DNA of 17,020 bases from Candidatus Undinarchaeota archaeon (GTDB taxonomy: Archaea > SpSt-1190 > JASMDC01). The stretch's first letter is position 1. Every line of letters begins with the position of its first letter. Made by a program: the position numbers and the translations under genes. Under the pieces are notes generated by a model, which was given only the letters and a program-made list of their open reading frames with translations, was not told where the DNA came from and did not search any database. The stretch is from assembly GCA_964519305.1 (NCBI GenBank), contig CAZFHY010000030.1:1-17020 (forward strand), written 5' to 3'. Positions 14,518 to 17,020 of the stretch are shown one piece after another.

Positions 14518-15312
14518 TCAGGATTTCAGGACCCGACGCACATGCTCGTTCGGTCGAGGGTAACGTCCGTCGCCCGTGAACCTCCCTGCTAGGATAGCGC
14601 CTTCAGGGCAGTGGTTATAGCAGGCCCAACAGCTCTGGCAGAGATTCTCATCGAACACCGGTGTAGGATCGAGATCGATGGCCCCGTACGGGCAGATCCG
14701 GGCGCACACTCCGCACTCCTTACAACGGCCCTCATCGGCGACCTTCTTACCTATTGACGTGAAGCCGAGGGATCGCGGGAACGGCGGGAGGAGCGTGTTC
14801 AAGAGACCGATGTCCGGGTGGTGGTGGGGGCACGATCCATCGTCCTTGACCTGCCAGAGACGTAGGTCCAATTCGGCGATGAACCGGTCAAAGGATGCCA
14901 TTTCTGACTCGTTCGGGTGGTCTTCGTTACCATTTCCCGATACAATCATTGGGGGATAGTTTTCGGGCATGTGGAGAGCGTGTCCACCGATGACCGTGAA
15001 CCCTTGCGCTGTAGCAAGCTCGTCAAGCCTCTTGAGGGTCTTCCCACTGATGAATCCGAAGGTGTTGAACACGAACGCAGGAATCCCATCCTGGTTAGGA
15101 ATCCCCTGGATGAACGCCCTCATCAGGGGCGGTGGCGCCCATGCGTCCGTGAACGTAGCAAATCCGACGACGTCACATTCCTCCAAGTCAGGCGTGGCGT
15201 CCTTGGTGATATCGACCAGCTCCAGCTGACAGGTGGTGATCTTGGAGGCGAGATATGTGCACGCGTGCTTAGTGTTGCCCGATCCTGAATAGAAGCAGAT
15301 GATGCCCTTCAC
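14518..15312 (-). CDS. EFR1-type flavodoxin / 2x[4Fe-4S] ferredoxin fusion, copy 2
   Basis: FYSGSGNT, PENYPP, CKECGVCARICP and CQSCWACYNHCP; start taken at GTG 15312, which aligns with the paralog start, with TTAATA 28 nt upstream. Confidence 0.9.
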   Translation of the reverse strand: MKGIICFYSGSGNTKHACTYLASKITTCQLELVDITKDATPDLEECDVVGFATFTDAWAPPPLMRAFIQGIPNQDGIPAFVFNTFGFISGKTLKRLDELATAQGFTVIGGHALHMPENYPPMIVSGNGNEDHPNESEMASFDRFIAELDLRLWQVKDDGSCPHHHPDIGLLNTLLPPFPRSLGFTSIGKKVADEGRCKECGVCARICPYGAIDLDPTPVFDENLCQSCWACYNHCPEGAILAGRFTGDGRYPRPNEHVRRVLKS

Positions 15313-15336
15313 TGGGATGCGTTCCTTGGGCAAATA

Positions 15337-15843
15337 TTAAGTGTGCGTCGTCCCGATCCGCTCCCTGATAAGCTTTACGACCTTGTCCGGACAGCGTGTG
15401 GAGAACACGAAGTAGCGGAACCACCTCCCCTCTAGCACGAGCGTCACCCGTGCGGGACCGATGGTACTGAAGACGAGCACCCATCCATCACGACTACGGG
15501 CGAGGCGTACACCGTACCCCCGATACCAGAACGCGGACTTATCATCCACAGCAACCTCAACGATATCGTTCCAGGCGACTTCGTACCGGAACAGGGCGTA
15601 GGTGACGCTCAGTCCCTCGTTCGTGATACGTACATTGAGCCTGCGGAATGCCAGTGCAAGTGCCAGGAATAGCAGGAACATCCCAGGGAACAGTCCCGCG
15701 GGAGGAGTTAGGGGCGCCATCATCGATCGCTGGAACTCGAAAGCGAGGAAGAGCATTGCTACGGCCCCTAGAATGCCAGATATCCAGTAAGAGGACACCT
15801 CTTCTTCATAGAGGGCTTCCGGGCCATCCCAAGGACCGCTCAT
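15337..15843 (-). CDS. Two-TM membrane protein with probable bacterial PH-like C-terminal domain
   Basis: Two hydrophobic helices, then LNVRITNEGLSV..VAWNDIVEV..YRGYGVR..FVFSTRCP, resembling YGGWGIR-type PH-like proteins; ATGA overlap with ybaN. Confidence 0.7.
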   Translation of the reverse strand: MSGPWDGPEALYEEEVSSYWISGILGAVAMLFLAFEFQRSMMAPLTPPAGLFPGMFLLFLALALAFRRLNVRITNEGLSVTYALFRYEVAWNDIVEVAVDDKSAFWYRGYGVRLARSRDGWVLVFSTIGPARVTLVLEGRWFRYFVFSTRCPDKVVKLIRERIGTTHT

Positions 15844-16277
15844 TCTTCAGAGACCTCCTCGACGTATGTACTGATGGAAAGGACATGCAGGGTGACTGCA
15901 AGTGCGATGGCGAGGAGCATTGCTCTGACGTGGGGGCTGTCAACGAAGAATCCCGCGGATACAAGGATGGTGGCCCATAGAAGAGCGAGTGTCGAGGCCT
16001 TCACTTTCATAGGCACTCCGAGCCCGGCCCGGTAGTCGCGTATATATGCCCCGAACCACCGGTTTGTGAGGAGCCATGTATAGAATCTGCGTGAACTGCG
16101 AGCGTAGCATGCAGCTGCTAATAGGAGGAATGGTGTCGTTGGAAGGAGGGGGAGGAATATACCAATGATACCGATGACCGCAGCGAGAGTACCTACGATG
16201 ATCAAGGTGGCACGGACAGCTTTGCTCTCGTGCTCGATTACTTCCTTCTCGATATCAGGACAGGGGGGCGTCGTCAT
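15840..16277 (-). CDS. ybaN: YbaN/DUF454 family membrane protein
   Basis: Signature GIIGIFLPLLPTTPFLLLAAACYARSSRRFYTWL..FGAYIRDY..KVK; GGTGA RBS. Confidence 0.92.
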   Translation of the reverse strand: MTTPPCPDIEKEVIEHESKAVRATLIIVGTLAAVIGIIGIFLPLLPTTPFLLLAAACYARSSRRFYTWLLTNRWFGAYIRDYRAGLGVPMKVKASTLALLWATILVSAGFFVDSPHVRAMLLAIALAVTLHVLSISTYVEEVSEE

Positions 16278-16441
16278 TGGTCGATCACCGCGTTATCGGG
16301 ATTCTGGTCTAAGGCCCTGTCTGGACCCGCGCTGTGTTAGTGGATAAAGATACGGGAGCTTATAATCCTTCGTTTTCCATCTTTTTAACGTTCAGGGACC
16401 ATTTGAATAATATGGGTGGCATTTCGTCCTTAAAGTACGTT

Positions 16442-16535
16442 CTGAACAATAATAATTTGTTCAGCATAATGGAAACGCACGTGATGCATTAGTTTCCACG
16501 AATGGGGTCCGTTTTAACGCTAATAAAATTTATTA
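16442..16535. promoter_or_regulatory. Three inverted repeats in an AT-rich intergenic region
   Basis: CTGAACAA-N7-TTGTTCAG (16442-16464), TGGAAAC-N15-GTTTCCA (16470-16498) and TAATAAA-A-TTTATTA (16521-16535). Confidence 0.55.
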
Positions 16536-16561
16536 ACGTCAAATAGCGCTTATTCGGTAGG

Positions 16562-16692
16562 TTTATATATGATGTCGGTACGCGAAGCCTCCCGATGGAT
16601 CCTGTGCTACCGTCACTGGCGCTCATCATGGTCATCAGCCTGAGGAAGCTTATGTCCTGTCCCATGAGCATCTGATTTTTCGTATTATCTTT
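16562..16692 (+). other. Putative small transcription unit (26-aa ORF 16595-16675 or sRNA)
   Basis: TTTATATA at 16562-16569; ATG 16595 reads MDPVLPSLALIMVISLRKLMSCPMSI*; TTTTT and a T-rich tract follow immediately. Confidence 0.4.
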
Positions 16693-16750
16693 CACTGTTC
16701 ACTATTGGTTCTACTTACAGAATCAACAATGAATCGAGAAATGATAGCGT

Positions 16751-16784
16751 GATCGGGAACGGGGTAATACCCTCGCTCCCGATC
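16751..16784 (-). terminator. Stem-loop downstream of the coiled-coil gene
   Basis: GATCGGGA...TCCCGATC outer stem with an imperfect inner stem, about 15 nt past the stop at 16800. Confidence 0.55.
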
Positions 16785-16799
16785 TTGCACGTTCTGCGC

Positions 16800-17020
16800 C
16801 TAGGTACCCTTCAAATCCTTTTCGATGGCGTCAAGGGCATCCTTGAGGTCTCTGATGGTCGATTCGAAGGAGATCTCGCGCTTCTTAGCATCAGCATCCT
16901 TCTTCTCCAGGTCGTCCTCAAGGTCCTTGATGCGCTTAGCGTCCTCTTCGTCCTTCTTCTTCAGATCGTCCTCAAGGTCCTTGATGCGCTTAGTGTCCTC
17001 TTCGTCCTTCTTCTTCAGAT
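16800..17020 (-). CDS. 3' end of a charged coiled-coil repeat protein (partial)
   Basis: Hand translation: LKKKDEEDTKRIKDLEDD LKKKDEEDAKRIKDLEDD LEKKDADAKKREISFESTIRDLKDALDAIEKDLKGT*; open to the window edge. Confidence 0.8.
   Translation of the reverse strand, partial: LKKKDEEDTKRIKDLEDDLKKKDEEDAKRIKDLEDDLEKKDADAKKREISFESTIRDLKDALDAIEKDLKGT
16911..17020. repeat. 54-bp coding tandem repeat (at least 2 copies, runs off the window)
   Basis: Units 16911-16964 and 16965-17018 differ at 2 of 54 positions. Confidence 0.92.

Noticed and set aside
16470-16535. Possible replication origin (GGAAAC half-sites next to an AT-rich stretch; also GTGGAAAAAGGG at 2647-2658)
   Set aside because: No complete TCCA-x-TGGA ORB dyad with a G-string, and no orc1/cdc6 gene in the window.
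16595-16680. C/D box sRNA (CTGA at 16640 and 16672)
   Set aside because: No convincing C or C' box (RUGAUGA) at the expected positions; kept only as an unspecified small transcript.
16911-17020. CRISPR array
   Set aside because: Units are contiguous with no unique spacers and encode an in-frame protein repeat.

Overview
Archaeal-type chromosomal window: BRE-TATA promoters, GGAGG/GGTGA ribosome-binding sites, ATGA gene overlaps and probable leaderless genes. Several families resemble hypotheticals I associate with DPANN archaea (recollection, unverified). Left third (89-5181): an uncharacterised, divergently transcribed, mirror-arranged cluster of paralogous membrane-protein genes. It holds five copies of one family ('A'), two copies of a second ('B'), an unannotated 58-aa gene that looks like the split-off C-terminus of an A protein, and a terminal Hsp20-like gene. 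Two near-identical outward-facing promoters drive it. Next is a 1203-aa Cys-rich, membrane-anchored surface protein built from about 14 Cys-paired helical repeats, with an upstream membrane-protein partner. The right half is more ordinary: a beta-CASP MBL nuclease plus EndoQ, a GNAT, an HExxH protein, two tandem EFR1-type flavodoxin-ferredoxins, a PH-like membrane protein and YbaN. It ends with an AT-rich palindromic intergenic region holding a possible small transcript, then the 3' end of a coiled-coil gene with 54-bp tandem repeats. All calls were made by eye; no searches were run.
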